A stretch of 64,000 nt of DNA from Candidatus Cloacimonadales bacterium (GTDB taxonomy: Bacteria; Cloacimonadota; Cloacimonadia; Cloacimonadales; JAFGVF01): contig OY762964.1 of assembly GCA_963667035.1 (NCBI GenBank), forward strand, positions 1,536,001 through 1,600,000, given 5' to 3'. The number at the start of each line of letters is the position of its first letter. The stretch's first letter is position 1. Below, piece after piece: positions 18,609 through 28,940 of this stretch. The notes beneath the pieces are model-generated. The model worked only from the letters and a program-made list of their open reading frames with translations. It ran no database searches and was not told where the DNA came from. Both the position numbers and the translations under genes were made by a program.

Positions 18609-20857
18609 TTAATCAAAAGGAATCCCAATCTGTTCACTTACTCCTTTAAAATAATCTATAACTAGCTCATTATGTGTTAGTTTTGCATACTTATATGATT
18701 CAACTATCAATTCTATCGCTTTCTTTTCATCACCAATCTGTGCTTCTGTAAATCCTAATGCTAAAAGTGTAAGAGCTAAACCTTGGGGTTCTTTTTCATT
18801 TTTATAGAGTATTATTGCTTGAGTATATAAATCCCTTGCTTTCTCTGGTTCTCTTAAACGACTTTCCAAATCTCCAAGGGATTTCAGAGCGTTTGCAAGA
18901 CCAAGATTAGACTGTTCTTTTGTATAAAGCTCAATTGATTTATTATAATTATCCCTTGCTTTCTCTGGTTCACCTAAAAGACGTTCCAAATCTCCAAGGG
19001 ATTTCAGAGCGTTTGCAAGACCAAGATTAGACTGTTCTTTTGTATAAAGCTCAATTGATTTATTATAATTATCCCTTGCTTTCTCTGGTTCACCTAAAAG
19101 ACGTTCCAAATCTCCAAGGGATTTCAGAGCGTTTGCTTTACCTTTTATAAAAGAGAAAGCAATGTTTATTAAATCTCTACTTGTTACTGCTCTAAATTGG
19201 TATGCATTAGTTAAACTATACATAAGAATACTAAGAGCGTCAATATCAGGTTTTCCAATTCTACAATCTTGTTTAACAAGCTGAGTCAGTGCTGTAAAAT
19301 GAAAGAGGATTAATTGTCTGGCAGACAAATTCTCTTCAGTTGATTGAATTCTATCAGCTATTTTTGCAATGCGTATGAAATACGAATAGATTACATCTCT
19401 TGCTTCTTTCCAGGAAAACCCGTTCTCCTCATTTATTGCTTCATCCAGAGCATATTGAGCAAGTGGAGGAAGCATAGTATAACCTGATTCATTTTTCACA
19501 AGGATATTGTGTTTACACAAAATGCTTATTGATGAGATTTCATCCTGGAAGAGATTCTTAGCTGTTATTTCAACCATTTTTTCAGCAAAGATAGCTGCAA
19601 TTGTCCATAACTTGAGAGCAATAGGGTTCTTGTTACATATTGCATCACTGGTTAATCTTAGCGATATTTGAAGTGATTCCAATCTTTCACTACTACATTC
19701 TGTGTCTGCAAGTTTAGCACCTTCTTTTTCCCATTGTTCATAAATCGTGTTAAGAGAATAGCTATATCCCAATCTGGCAATTAGTACTATTGTCAGAGCA
19801 TGACACCCAAGTTTTTTCTGTATGAAATCTTGAAGTACTTCATCATCTTTTTTGGGAGTTTGATTACCATTCCAAGCTAAAATAAATAAGGAGATTGCCT
19901 CATCGATTGAAAATGGGCATATTATAATTGGCTCTTCGAAACAAACATCAAGTGGAACTCTTGATGAAAATAGAATTCTAATACTGCTATTTATTTTCAG
20001 TTCTTCAAGTTGCTTTCTTCCGATTGGAGTTGAGACAATGCTTTCAAGATTATCAAGATAATACAATCCCTCATCAAGTAGAGGCAAAAGTTGTATGAGA
20101 TTATCAACATCGTTTTTTCCTAAGGCAGAACCAATATGAGAATATAAACTACCTGGATCAGCATTATCAGGAATATTGATGTAATAAGCATTATCTTGGG
20201 GTTTCAACTTTAACCATTCTTTAAGAGATGCCTTGCAAACCTCTGTTTTACCAATACCAGCCACACCAACTATTTGAATTGGTTTGCCATCACCTAATCT
20301 ACTCACTACTTTCTTTATATCATCATCTCGTCCTATAAGCTTCTTTTCTCTCGGTTCTAAGCGTCCGTCATCAGCTCCTTTTAGCTTTGCAGGTTGTAGA
20401 ATAAGATTTTCATTTTTTAATTCTACATTTGGAGTAATATCAGTTACTTTTTTTGAATATTAGAAATCTCTTTTAGAATATTTAACAACAATGTTATATT
20501 AATACTATTGTCACCACTATTCTTTAATTCATTTTCAAAAGCATTATTTATATCTTCTATCTGACTTTGCTCTATATTGAATCGCTCATATACTTCTAGA
20601 ATTATACTCGATGAGTTATCCTCAATGCTGGAAGGTTCTTCTAAATAGTTATTTGCCATCAAATACGCATCAATCTCACTTCCAATCTTTGAGACATCAA
20701 TACTAGTACCTACAACTGATTTAAATGCTTTTTTATACAACTTAGCAATCGTTCTTGAATGTGAATCCATCGCTGTAAGATAAGGAGCTAGCTTTTTCTT
20801 CACCTTAGTAGCTAACCCAATAATTGCTAGATATTCTCCTGCTCCTTTCGGTAGCAT
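18609..20857 (-). CDS. STAND/NB-ARC NTPase with C-terminal TPRs, split by a -1 frameshift at about 20447-20454 (ORFs 20444-20857 and 18609-20306)
   Basis: The frame of the 565-aa ORF stays open up to the A7 run and includes LIGRDDD. Walker A GVAGIGKT, Walker B YYLDNLE, SSR, GCHAL, 40-aa TPR repeats. Confidence 0.75.
18831..19136. repeat. 120-bp tandem repeat (about 2.5 copies) encoding TPR units
   Basis: 18864-19016 is identical to 18984-19136. Confidence 0.95.
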
Positions 20858-21594
20858 CTTCCCTCCTAATAGTTGCCTTTACTATATCCGATTTAACGAT
20901 TCTTTCATTTAATTGTCAAGTTGAAGTTTATGATAAATAGATGTTGTTGATGCTTATTAGTAAATATGTAAACTGTCATTGGCTTTGATGGCATGTTATT
21001 AATAAGGTTTTAGATCAAAATCCACCTCAAAAATACTCAGTTTTCTCTTCAAGATAGTTTGGTTGGAATGGGAAAGCCTCCCGTGGGCATCCCGTGGGGC
21101 TCGCGTGTCTCTCCCGTGGCTATGCATGCGTGGGGCACGAGATACCCACGGGAGGGTTAGGTTTAGTTATCATATTTCTTTCAATGTATCTTGCTGACGA
21201 TGTCAGCATGGCGACTCAGGTGAGTTGCAGTACCATTTTTCACTGCCATTGACATCTAATTATAGCTTACAGACTATTAATTATTAATTACCTATAATAG
21301 TTTCTTCACCTTCATAACTAAATTTCTTAACTTCGAAAATCATTGCATTGATTTCCTGCTTTTATCTGACTCATTTTTCTATCTTAACTCGCAAGAGACA
21401 CTTGTTAGCTCCCCGTTAGATACCCGTTAGATACCCGTTACAGGCAATGGGAAAGAAACGACAGTCTGACGAGGTACTGATTGAACTTTATTCTCTATTA
21501 TGTTCGAACAATGAAAGTGCGTAGGAATTGCTAATTTATTCCTAAAACAGATAATTTCCAATTCATTTTGAGTTAGTTTAAATCGTAAAAATGC

Positions 21595-21622
21595 AAAAGG
21601 GCTGACATTTGTCAGCCCCTTT
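21595..21622 (-). terminator. Rho-independent terminator
   Basis: GGGCTGAC-attt-GTCAGCCC hairpin with flanking A/T runs, just past the 21646 stop. Confidence 0.75.
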
Positions 21623-21645
21623 CAATATAGTATATCCAACTAATC

Positions 21646-23631
21646 TTAGTCAGCTTTAATAATCATCAGATTATCACCTTTAGCAACAGAATCACCTGAT
21701 GAGAAAGGAATTTCAACAACTGTTCCACTCACAGGGCTAGGAATATTGTTGTACATCTTCATAGCTTCAAGCACAAGAACTGTCTCTCCTGCTTCAACAT
21801 GGTCACCTACGTTCTTCTCGTAGCTAACAAGCATACCGGGCATTGGAGCTTCAACAGAGTTTCCACCTTCAGTAGCAACAGGTTTAGCCGCAGGCTTAGG
21901 TGCCGGAGCGGCAACAGGTGCAGGTTGTGGCTTTGGTGCAGTAACTTTAGGGGCTACAGGACGAGGAGCACTTGCTACTATAGCAGGCATCTCTTTGTCG
22001 TCTACTTCAACCTTGAAGTAATCACCATCAACATAAACATCAAAAGAACGTACATTCTCTGATTTTTCAGGAACCTCTTTAGTAGGTTTAGCCGTTAACT
22101 CACCGCTAAGAGCTTTCTTAACAAGCTCTTCTTCTTCCTTAACCTGTTCCAATGTTTTTGGTTTCACATCTTCCGGAATATCTTTCTTACCATACTTCCA
22201 TTCCAGGAATCTCTTTCCGGTAATTGGATAAAGAGCAACTATGAGTTCATCATCAAGATCCTTTGCAAGACCTTTAACACTCTCTTGAACCGCTGATAAT
22301 TCCGGTTCAATAATATCGCCGGGGCGACAAGTAATAGGTTCTTCACCACGAGGGTAACCTTTCAGAGCTTTTGCTCTGACTTCCGGATCTATATCAAGAG
22401 TAGTTTTACCATAGAGTCCGAAACAAAGGTCTTTAACCTGCTCGGTAATTGATTTGTACTCTCCCATCTTATCATCAAAGAGCACATTGTTTACTGTTTG
22501 AATACCAACAATCTGACTTGTCGGCGTTACAAGTGGTACCGTACCTAAATCTTTTCTAACTGCAGGAAGTGTCTCGAATACATCATCAAGCTTATCAAGA
22601 GCATCCATTTGACGGAGCTGGTTAACAAGATTAGAGAGCATACCACCCGGAGTCTGATGAATGATAACATTAGTATCAATGATAGAGAACTTAGTATTAT
22701 CGGCAAAATGCTTATACTTAGGAATTACTTTCTCAAGTTCTTTATCAATAGTAGCAAGTGCTTTGATGTCAAAACCTGTGTCCCTAGTTGTTCCCAAAAG
22801 AGATACAACAAGAGGTTCAACTGCGGCATGAGCTGTTCTGTAAGCATAAGGTGCCATACATGTATCGATAATATCAACTCCTGCTTCAATGGCTTTGAAG
22901 AGAGTTAAATCTCCCATACCTGATGTGAAATGAGTATGTAAATGGATTGGTACCGAAACAGCTTCTTTTAAAGCCTTAATCAGATTATATGCATCATAAG
23001 GAGCAACAAGTCCCGCCATATCCTTGATGCAAATAGAATCCGCACCCATAGCTTCTAATTGTTTTGCTTTATCAACATAATAATCGATGTTATACACTTC
23101 ACCGCCCATTCTCATTTCTGTTAGAGAATAGCAGATAGTTCCTTGAAAATGTTTATTATTCTTTTTTATTACTTTTAAGGCTGTCTCGAAATTACGGAAA
23201 TCATTCAAGGCATCAAATACACGGAAAATGTCTATTCCATTATCACAAGCTCTTTGTACAAATGCTTCGACAACATCATCGGCATAGTTCCTGTAGCCCA
23301 CTAAGTTCTGTCCTCTGAGCAACATTGAGAATGGTGTGTTCTTAATATATTTCTTAAGAGTTCTGATTCTCTCCCATGGATCTTCTCCCAGATAGCGATG
23401 CATTGTATCAAAAGTAGCACCACCCCAAACTTCCATAGAATGGAAACCGACTTTATCCATTGCCTCGGCAACAGCAATCATGTCTTCGGTTCTACCTCTG
23501 GTTGCAAAGATGGACTGATGTCCGTCTCTGAAAGTAACGTCTTGAATTTTAATCGGGTTTATAGCTTTAGGACGATTGACGTCATAGTTCATTTCTGCCA
23601 TTTGCAGAACACCATGTTTATCAAAATTCAT
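21646..23631 (-). CDS. Pyruvate/oxaloacetate carboxyltransferase (OadA/PycB/transcarboxylase 5S-like) fused to biotin carrier
   Basis: RDGHQS, EVWGGATFD, IKDMAG, HLHTH, VTPTSQIVG, Pro/Ala linker, EAMKM. Start placed at the GGAGG-preceded ATG 23631. Confidence 0.9.
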   Translation of the reverse strand: MNFDKHGVLQMAEMNYDVNRPKAINPIKIQDVTFRDGHQSIFATRGRTEDMIAVAEAMDKVGFHSMEVWGGATFDTMHRYLGEDPWERIRTLKKYIKNTPFSMLLRGQNLVGYRNYADDVVEAFVQRACDNGIDIFRVFDALNDFRNFETALKVIKKNNKHFQGTICYSLTEMRMGGEVYNIDYYVDKAKQLEAMGADSICIKDMAGLVAPYDAYNLIKALKEAVSVPIHLHTHFTSGMGDLTLFKAIEAGVDIIDTCMAPYAYRTAHAAVEPLVVSLLGTTRDTGFDIKALATIDKELEKVIPKYKHFADNTKFSIIDTNVIIHQTPGGMLSNLVNQLRQMDALDKLDDVFETLPAVRKDLGTVPLVTPTSQIVGIQTVNNVLFDDKMGEYKSITEQVKDLCFGLYGKTTLDIDPEVRAKALKGYPRGEEPITCRPGDIIEPELSAVQESVKGLAKDLDDELIVALYPITGKRFLEWKYGKKDIPEDVKPKTLEQVKEEEELVKKALSGELTAKPTKEVPEKSENVRSFDVYVDGDYFKVEVDDKEMPAIVASAPRPVAPKVTAPKPQPAPVAAPAPKPAAKPVATEGGNSVEAPMPGMLVSYEKNVGDHVEAGETVLVLEAMKMYNNIPSPVSGTVVEIPFSSGDSVAKGDNLMIIKAD

Positions 23632-23661
23632 TCTTCCTCCGGATATATTCAATTTCTTTAA

Positions 23662-23853
23662 TTAACGTTTTAAAACACGACGTTGCATCATTTGATTATT
23701 AATCATCTGATTCTGACGTCCGTAAAAAGCCCAACTTGTAGGTAAGTTCGGCGGTTTTATTTCAGGAGCAGGCAACTGTGCCCTCTCTGCTTGAATGTAT
23801 TGTAATACTGCAGAAATAGCTGCAATTTGTTTCTTCTTCATATCTTCCATCAT
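23662..23853 (-). CDS. Small accessory subunit of acyl-CoA carboxyltransferase complex
   Basis: AAISAV..YI..E...SW...GR pattern, located between the two carboxyltransferase genes. Confidence 0.6.
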   Translation of the reverse strand: MMEDMKKKQIAAISAVLQYIQAERAQLPAPEIKPPNLPTSWAFYGRQNQMINNQMMQRRVLKR

Positions 23854-23862
23854 TCACCCTCC

Positions 23863-25416
23863 TTACACAGGGATGTTTCCATGTTTTTTAGGAGGTAATG
23901 ACTCACTCTTAGTACAAAGAACGTGCATTGCATCAATTAGCCTTGCTCTTGTTTCTGAAGGTCTTATCACGGCTTCAATATAACCTCTTTCGGCAGCTCT
24001 ATACGGATTATTGAAGAGCTCTTCATATTCATGAATCTTTCTTGCTCTTTCTGCTTCAGGATCTTCAGCTTTATTAATCTCGGTTCTATAGATAATATTA
24101 GCTGCACCTTTAGCTCCCATAACGGCAATCTCAGCAGACGGCCATGCAAATATCATATCTGCACCAAGGTGTTTTGAGCTCATGGCAATATATGAACCAC
24201 CGTAGTTCTTACGAGTAACAACTGTCATTTTCGGTACTGTTGCTTCGGAGTAAACCCATAACAGTTTAGCACCGTGACGAATAATGCCACTCCATTCCTG
24301 ATGGCAACCCGGTAAGTAACCGGGAACATCAACAAGTGTAAGTAACGGAATATTAAATGAGTCGCAGAAGCGAATAAAGCGAGAAGCTTTATCACTTGCA
24401 TCAATATCTAAGCATCCGGCTAACACGATGGGTTGATTAGCAATTATACCAACAGTTCTTCCGTCTAATCTGGCAAAAGATATGATTATATTCTGAGCAT
24501 AATACTCATGAGGTTCATACATATAACCGTCATCTACAATGGCTTTGATTACGTCACGCATATCATAACCCATCATAGGACTATCGGGAATTATGCTGTC
24601 AAGCTCGGGAGCGAGTCTATGAGGATCATCTTCCGTTGGAACAATTGGAGGTTCCTCCATATTGTTGCTAGGGAGAAAGCTCAAAAGTTCTCTAATACTT
24701 TCAAGTGCTTCCGCATCACTTTCACAAGCAAAATGAGCATTTCCCGATTTGGTGTTATGTGTCCAGGCACCGCCTAACTCCTCTTGAGTTGTGACTTCAC
24801 CCGTTACGGCTCTGATAACATCTGGACCTGTAATGAACATGAAACTGGAATTCTTCACCATATAGATAAAGTCTGTCATAGCAGGACTATAAACTGCACC
24901 ACCGGCACAAGGTCCCATTATTGCAGATATCTGAGGTATAACACCGGAGAAACGTGAGTTGCGTATAAAGATATCACCATACCCTTTTAATGCGTCAACG
25001 CCTTCCTGGATTCTGGCACCGCCCGAATCGTTAATTCCAACAAGTGGAACACCGGATTTACCGGCTAAATCCATTACTTTACATATTTTAGCTGCATGCA
25101 TTTCACCAAGAGAACCCGCTCTAGCGGTAAAATCCTGTGCAAAAGCACAAACCGGTCTTCCGTTTATTAATCCGTGTCCGGTTACCACACCATCACTAGG
25201 AATATCTTTCGTTTCCATTCCGAAATTTGTGCAACGATGCTTAACAAACTTGTCAATTTCCCTGAATGTTCCCGGATCGAATAAAAGGTTTATTCTTTCT
25301 CGAGCAGTCAGCTTACCCTTATTATGTTGTTTCTCAATTTGGGCTTCACCGCCCATCATCTCAATCTTCTTTTCTTTTTCCAATAAGTTATTGATTTTGT
25401 CTTTTGTAGTTGACAT
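23863..25416 (-). CDS. Methylmalonyl-/propionyl-CoA carboxyltransferase beta (12S-like) subunit
   Basis: GKLTARERI, DSGGARIQEG, GPCAGGAVYSPA, DVPGYLPG, KKHGNIP. Confidence 0.93.
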   Translation of the reverse strand: MSTTKDKINNLLEKEKKIEMMGGEAQIEKQHNKGKLTARERINLLFDPGTFREIDKFVKHRCTNFGMETKDIPSDGVVTGHGLINGRPVCAFAQDFTARAGSLGEMHAAKICKVMDLAGKSGVPLVGINDSGGARIQEGVDALKGYGDIFIRNSRFSGVIPQISAIMGPCAGGAVYSPAMTDFIYMVKNSSFMFITGPDVIRAVTGEVTTQEELGGAWTHNTKSGNAHFACESDAEALESIRELLSFLPSNNMEEPPIVPTEDDPHRLAPELDSIIPDSPMMGYDMRDVIKAIVDDGYMYEPHEYYAQNIIISFARLDGRTVGIIANQPIVLAGCLDIDASDKASRFIRFCDSFNIPLLTLVDVPGYLPGCHQEWSGIIRHGAKLLWVYSEATVPKMTVVTRKNYGGSYIAMSSKHLGADMIFAWPSAEIAVMGAKGAANIIYRTEINKAEDPEAERARKIHEYEELFNNPYRAAERGYIEAVIRPSETRARLIDAMHVLCTKSESLPPKKHGNIPV

Positions 25417-25516
25417 TGAAACTCCTTTTGTATAGAGTTAGAATAATCACATACAAATGAGCTTTTCGGATATAAGTCAAGCTAAATTATTATATATGAA
25501 AGTGAGGACAGCATTA

Positions 25517-26464
25517 ATGACATCAGTAGAAAGTGATAAGAAAAGTGTTGCAGTAGTACTGGGAGGCGGAGCAGCTTTAGGCTTAGCCCATATTGGAGTA
25601 TTGAATGTCATTCAGAAGCATTTTAATATAAAGGGTATTGTTGGCACAAGCATGGGAGCAATAATTGGCGGGATGTATGCATTAGGTAAATCTCCCGAAT
25701 GGATATTGGAATCGTTAAAAGAATACAATTACTTAAAAATATTTAATCCTATGCACTTCGATTTTAGTATGAAAGGGTTTTTTAATGGTAAAGTTCTATT
25801 AGATGAACTAGATAGCTACACCGAAAAAGCAGTTATTGAGAATTGCGAAATTCCTTTTTATGCTGTTGCTTATGATATTCATACCAAAAGATCGGTAATA
25901 ATCCATAAAGGAAGCTTATCAAAAGCAATGCGAGCTTCTTCAAGTGTTCCCTATGTTTTCCGTCCCTTTAAATATGAACAATACTTATTCCTGGATGGAG
26001 GAGTCGAATATCCTGTCCCAGTGAACTTTGCTAAACAGCTTTTTCCTGATACTATGATTATTGCCGTGAATGTTCAAGAGCCATTACCCAGAACTGCCGA
26101 GTTCTTCAAACCTGTTAAGGCAAAGCATAGCAACAAGAAGGAATTAGGTTTCGTGGAAGTATTACTGGAAAGCGTATATGGTAACCAAGCGTATTTAAGT
26201 ATAAATGAAATCATCAATGAAAAGCCTGAGATTGTCATCAATCCTTTCAATCCCGATTATTCGTTCAAAGACTTTCAAAAAGTCAAAGAGTTCTATGAAT
26301 TAGGCAAGAAGACTGCTGAACGAGAGATGAGTAACTACTTACATAAAACTGAGAAAGTAGACCCTCTGGCAATCTACAAAGAAAGAATAGAGCAAATCCG
26401 CAAGAACTTCACAGAGATGATTCCTATCCTTAAGGATTTACCTAATCCTTTTAAAAAGGAATAA
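25517..26464 (+). CDS. Patatin-like phospholipase
   Basis: LGGGAALGLAHIGV, GTSMG, ASSSVP, DGG. Start moved to the RBS-preceded ATG 25517. Confidence 0.88.
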   Translation: MTSVESDKKSVAVVLGGGAALGLAHIGVLNVIQKHFNIKGIVGTSMGAIIGGMYALGKSPEWILESLKEYNYLKIFNPMHFDFSMKGFFNGKVLLDELDSYTEKAVIENCEIPFYAVAYDIHTKRSVIIHKGSLSKAMRASSSVPYVFRPFKYEQYLFLDGGVEYPVPVNFAKQLFPDTMIIAVNVQEPLPRTAEFFKPVKAKHSNKKELGFVEVLLESVYGNQAYLSINEIINEKPEIVINPFNPDYSFKDFQKVKEFYELGKKTAEREMSNYLHKTEKVDPLAIYKERIEQIRKNFTEMIPILKDLPNPFKKE

Positions 26465-26476
26465 CTGCTATATATA

Positions 26477-26506
26477 AGAAAGAGCCCCTTTTACGGGGCT
26501 CTTTTT
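26477..26506. terminator. Bidirectional terminator
   Basis: AAAGAGCCCC-tttta-CGGGGCTCTTT between convergent genes. Confidence 0.8.
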
Positions 26507-26519
26507 CAACTAAAAACTA

Positions 26520-27500
26520 TTATTTTACTTTCTCTTTTCCTATACTGATTCCACATTTAGCATTATCAGTAATTTCAGGTAACTTAGAAACAACTTGAGA
26601 ATCACAAATGTTCTTTGAAGTATTTGTAAGAGTTATTTCTTGATTCATTGTCCATGGTAAATTGAACTGTTGACCTTGTCTCCAATAGGAATAAGTGTTT
26701 TCATTTTGCCAGAAAGCCGCTACCACAGTGTTTGAATAAGCACGATAATATCCAATATTATAAAGTGCATCGTCTACAGGAATGACTATTTGGTCCACAG
26801 TCTCATGGGCTAACTCGTAATTTACATACAATGGAGAAAGATTATGTGAACCATTATTTCTCATTTTAAGATAGAAATAATCTTCGCTAACCACCAAGTT
26901 CCAAGTGTATTCCGAACCGGAAATTGTTTCGGTTGAAGACCATTCAAGCTTCAAGCCGACTTGTGAGCCTTGGGTTGTTTGTCCCGAAGTACTTGCATAA
27001 TATGAATAAGAATTATCTGTTTTAAGAACCCTAAAGGTCACTGTTTCATCCGGATTGATTATTTTTGTGCCATATCTGTTAACAGAGATATCGATATCGG
27101 TAAAGGTTGTATTATAGAAACTTAAATCAAAATATCCAGAGTCTAAAGTCATTACAGATATAACATCCGAATAAGAACTGTTTCCATCACCATTATGAGC
27201 TCTTACTCTATAGTAGTAATGAGTGTCATCTGATAATCCGTTCACGTTGCAATAAGTATCCTCAACGACTCTACTACGATAGTCCGGTAAATAGTTATTA
27301 AAATTAACGTCAGTCGCTACATCAAGACGATAACTATCTGCATCATCAACAGGTTCCCAGTTTGCAACAAAACTATTTTCGGTAACATAGCTTGCATCTA
27401 GAGCATAAGGAGCATCGGGATAGTTAGCAGAAGTAGGATCTTCACAAGATATTAGCACAAAACTAACAATAAATAGCAACAGTAACTTAGTAATTTTCAT
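26520..27500 (-). CDS. Lipoprotein with fibronectin type III domain
   Basis: Lipobox LISC, FN3 motifs W.PV..A.SY and L..DT.YYYRVRA.N..G.S.YS. Confidence 0.8.
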   Translation of the reverse strand: MKITKLLLLFIVSFVLISCEDPTSANYPDAPYALDASYVTENSFVANWEPVDDADSYRLDVATDVNFNNYLPDYRSRVVEDTYCNVNGLSDDTHYYYRVRAHNGDGNSSYSDVISVMTLDSGYFDLSFYNTTFTDIDISVNRYGTKIINPDETVTFRVLKTDNSYSYYASTSGQTTQGSQVGLKLEWSSTETISGSEYTWNLVVSEDYFYLKMRNNGSHNLSPLYVNYELAHETVDQIVIPVDDALYNIGYYRAYSNTVVAAFWQNENTYSYWRQGQQFNLPWTMNQEITLTNTSKNICDSQVVSKLPEITDNAKCGISIGKEKVK

Positions 27501-27590
27501 AAATTCCCCTTTCAATTTGTTTACAACTCTTTCTCAAGTGTTATTATCAATGAAAGGCATCTTTCGTTGCATGTCAAGCGTTAAAAGAAG

Positions 27591-28827
27591 CTGGCATCCC
27601 CCCGTTTTTTATCATAAGCATGTCATCTGCTCCCATTCTGCATGACAACCTTGATACTTTGGAACAAAGTAATGCTTCCAATCTCTGAATAGATTTTTAA
27701 CAACAACCGATAGTCTGTAGTAGATAAACTTACATAATTCCTTTAGATTACTCTTTTTACTAAGCATAATGTGTTGATACATTTCCGCAAAGTCGTATCG
27801 ATACTTATCCAAAGAATAAAGATAACTGACTGCCAATAATAACATGCAGTTCAGATTTCTTAACCTGTCCAATGTCATAACCTGCATATCTTCCCACGAA
27901 TACTCCTGCTTCACATGACGGTGTACTTCTTCTACTTTCCAGCGGAGACGATACCCTCTTATTGCAGTTGTTATCAACTCCAAATCACTAAGGTCTCGAT
28001 TGGGGAAATCACAGTTCAAATAGAAAAAACCTTTGACGCGAATGATATATGAAGCCTCATTCTCTGTTAAATAGTTGATTACTACCTTATCATCATAACC
28101 TCTATCCATTACATATATCCCTTTATTTCCTGAATACACCTGAATATCATTGATCCGATCAAACACAGACTGTTTCAGTATGCCCGGATCTTCGTCGTTA
28201 GTATGCAATTCAGACACAAGAGGACGTATCTCAAGCGAATGACCTTCTTTTGATACTCTGATTATATCTAATACTTCATAACCGTTACACCACTCGCCTG
28301 TACTGCCGTCTCTAACTCTGGTTAATCCTTCCATCTTCTTTGAATGGCTTTTCATTATGTCGCTGGGATCAATGACTATCAGGTCATAAGATGCTATCTT
28401 CTTGCTTTCACAAATCAGATGAATATTTGATAGATTTTTGTACAACTCAGGTTTTGATAAATGACGACGATATCGTTCGCAGAGCTTTTCTAATGAGATA
28501 TTCACTTCATGGCTCATTGCAATCCTTCTGATTATACAACTACCGGATTTCAAAATGCCACTGACAAGCTCTTTTACAAATTTCTTCTCTTTGATAGTAC
28601 AGCTATGTGTGACTTTGTTGATGAATTTTGAAAATTTAGCTTGCAGATTATGCTTTTTTATTATTGATAGTTCCATATAGTGAGTTCCTTTTGTTTTATT
28701 TTAAGCGTAACAACAATAAATAGGGACTCACTCTTTTCAAGCTTTTTCTTGACTATTTTTATACTTAAATTACCACTTTTTCAGTCACTTATTATGACCA
28801 TTATTCTAAATTTCGGGGGGATGCTTG
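27591..28827 (-). mobile_element. IS4-family insertion sequence (1237 bp)
   Basis: Terminal IRs CTGGCATCCCCCCG / CAAGCATCCCCCCG, and a 10-bp target duplication TTAAAAGAAG at 27581-27590 and 28828-28837. Confidence 0.9.
27612..28676 (-). CDS. IS4-family DDE transposase, probably internally deleted
   Basis: IDPS, DRGY and the Y-2-R-3-E-6-K motif (YRLRWKVEEVHRHVK). Confidence 0.85.
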   Translation of the reverse strand: MELSIIKKHNLQAKFSKFINKVTHSCTIKEKKFVKELVSGILKSGSCIIRRIAMSHEVNISLEKLCERYRRHLSKPELYKNLSNIHLICESKKIASYDLIVIDPSDIMKSHSKKMEGLTRVRDGSTGEWCNGYEVLDIIRVSKEGHSLEIRPLVSELHTNDEDPGILKQSVFDRINDIQVYSGNKGIYVMDRGYDDKVVINYLTENEASYIIRVKGFFYLNCDFPNRDLSDLELITTAIRGYRLRWKVEEVHRHVKQEYSWEDMQVMTLDRLRNLNCMLLLAVSYLYSLDKYRYDFAEMYQHIMLSKKSNLKELCKFIYYRLSVVVKNLFRDWKHYFVPKYQGCHAEWEQMTCL

Positions 28828-28898
28828 TTAAAAGAAGCTCTTTATGTTGCACCTACATGCTATTTCGCTTTAGCATACCATTGTGATTTATGATCAAG

Positions 28899-28924
28899 AA
28901 AAGCCCGGACTGCTCCGGGCTTTT
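28899..28924 (-). terminator. Terminator of the A-B-C operon
   Basis: AAAAGCCCGGA-ctgc-TCCGGGCTTTT. A near copy lies at 35540-35567. Confidence 0.8.
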
Positions 28925-28940
28925 AAATATATGTTTTAGG

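Noticed and set aside
28680..28886. 68-aa plus-strand ORF
   Set aside because: It runs across the IS end and target duplication, so it is probably spurious.
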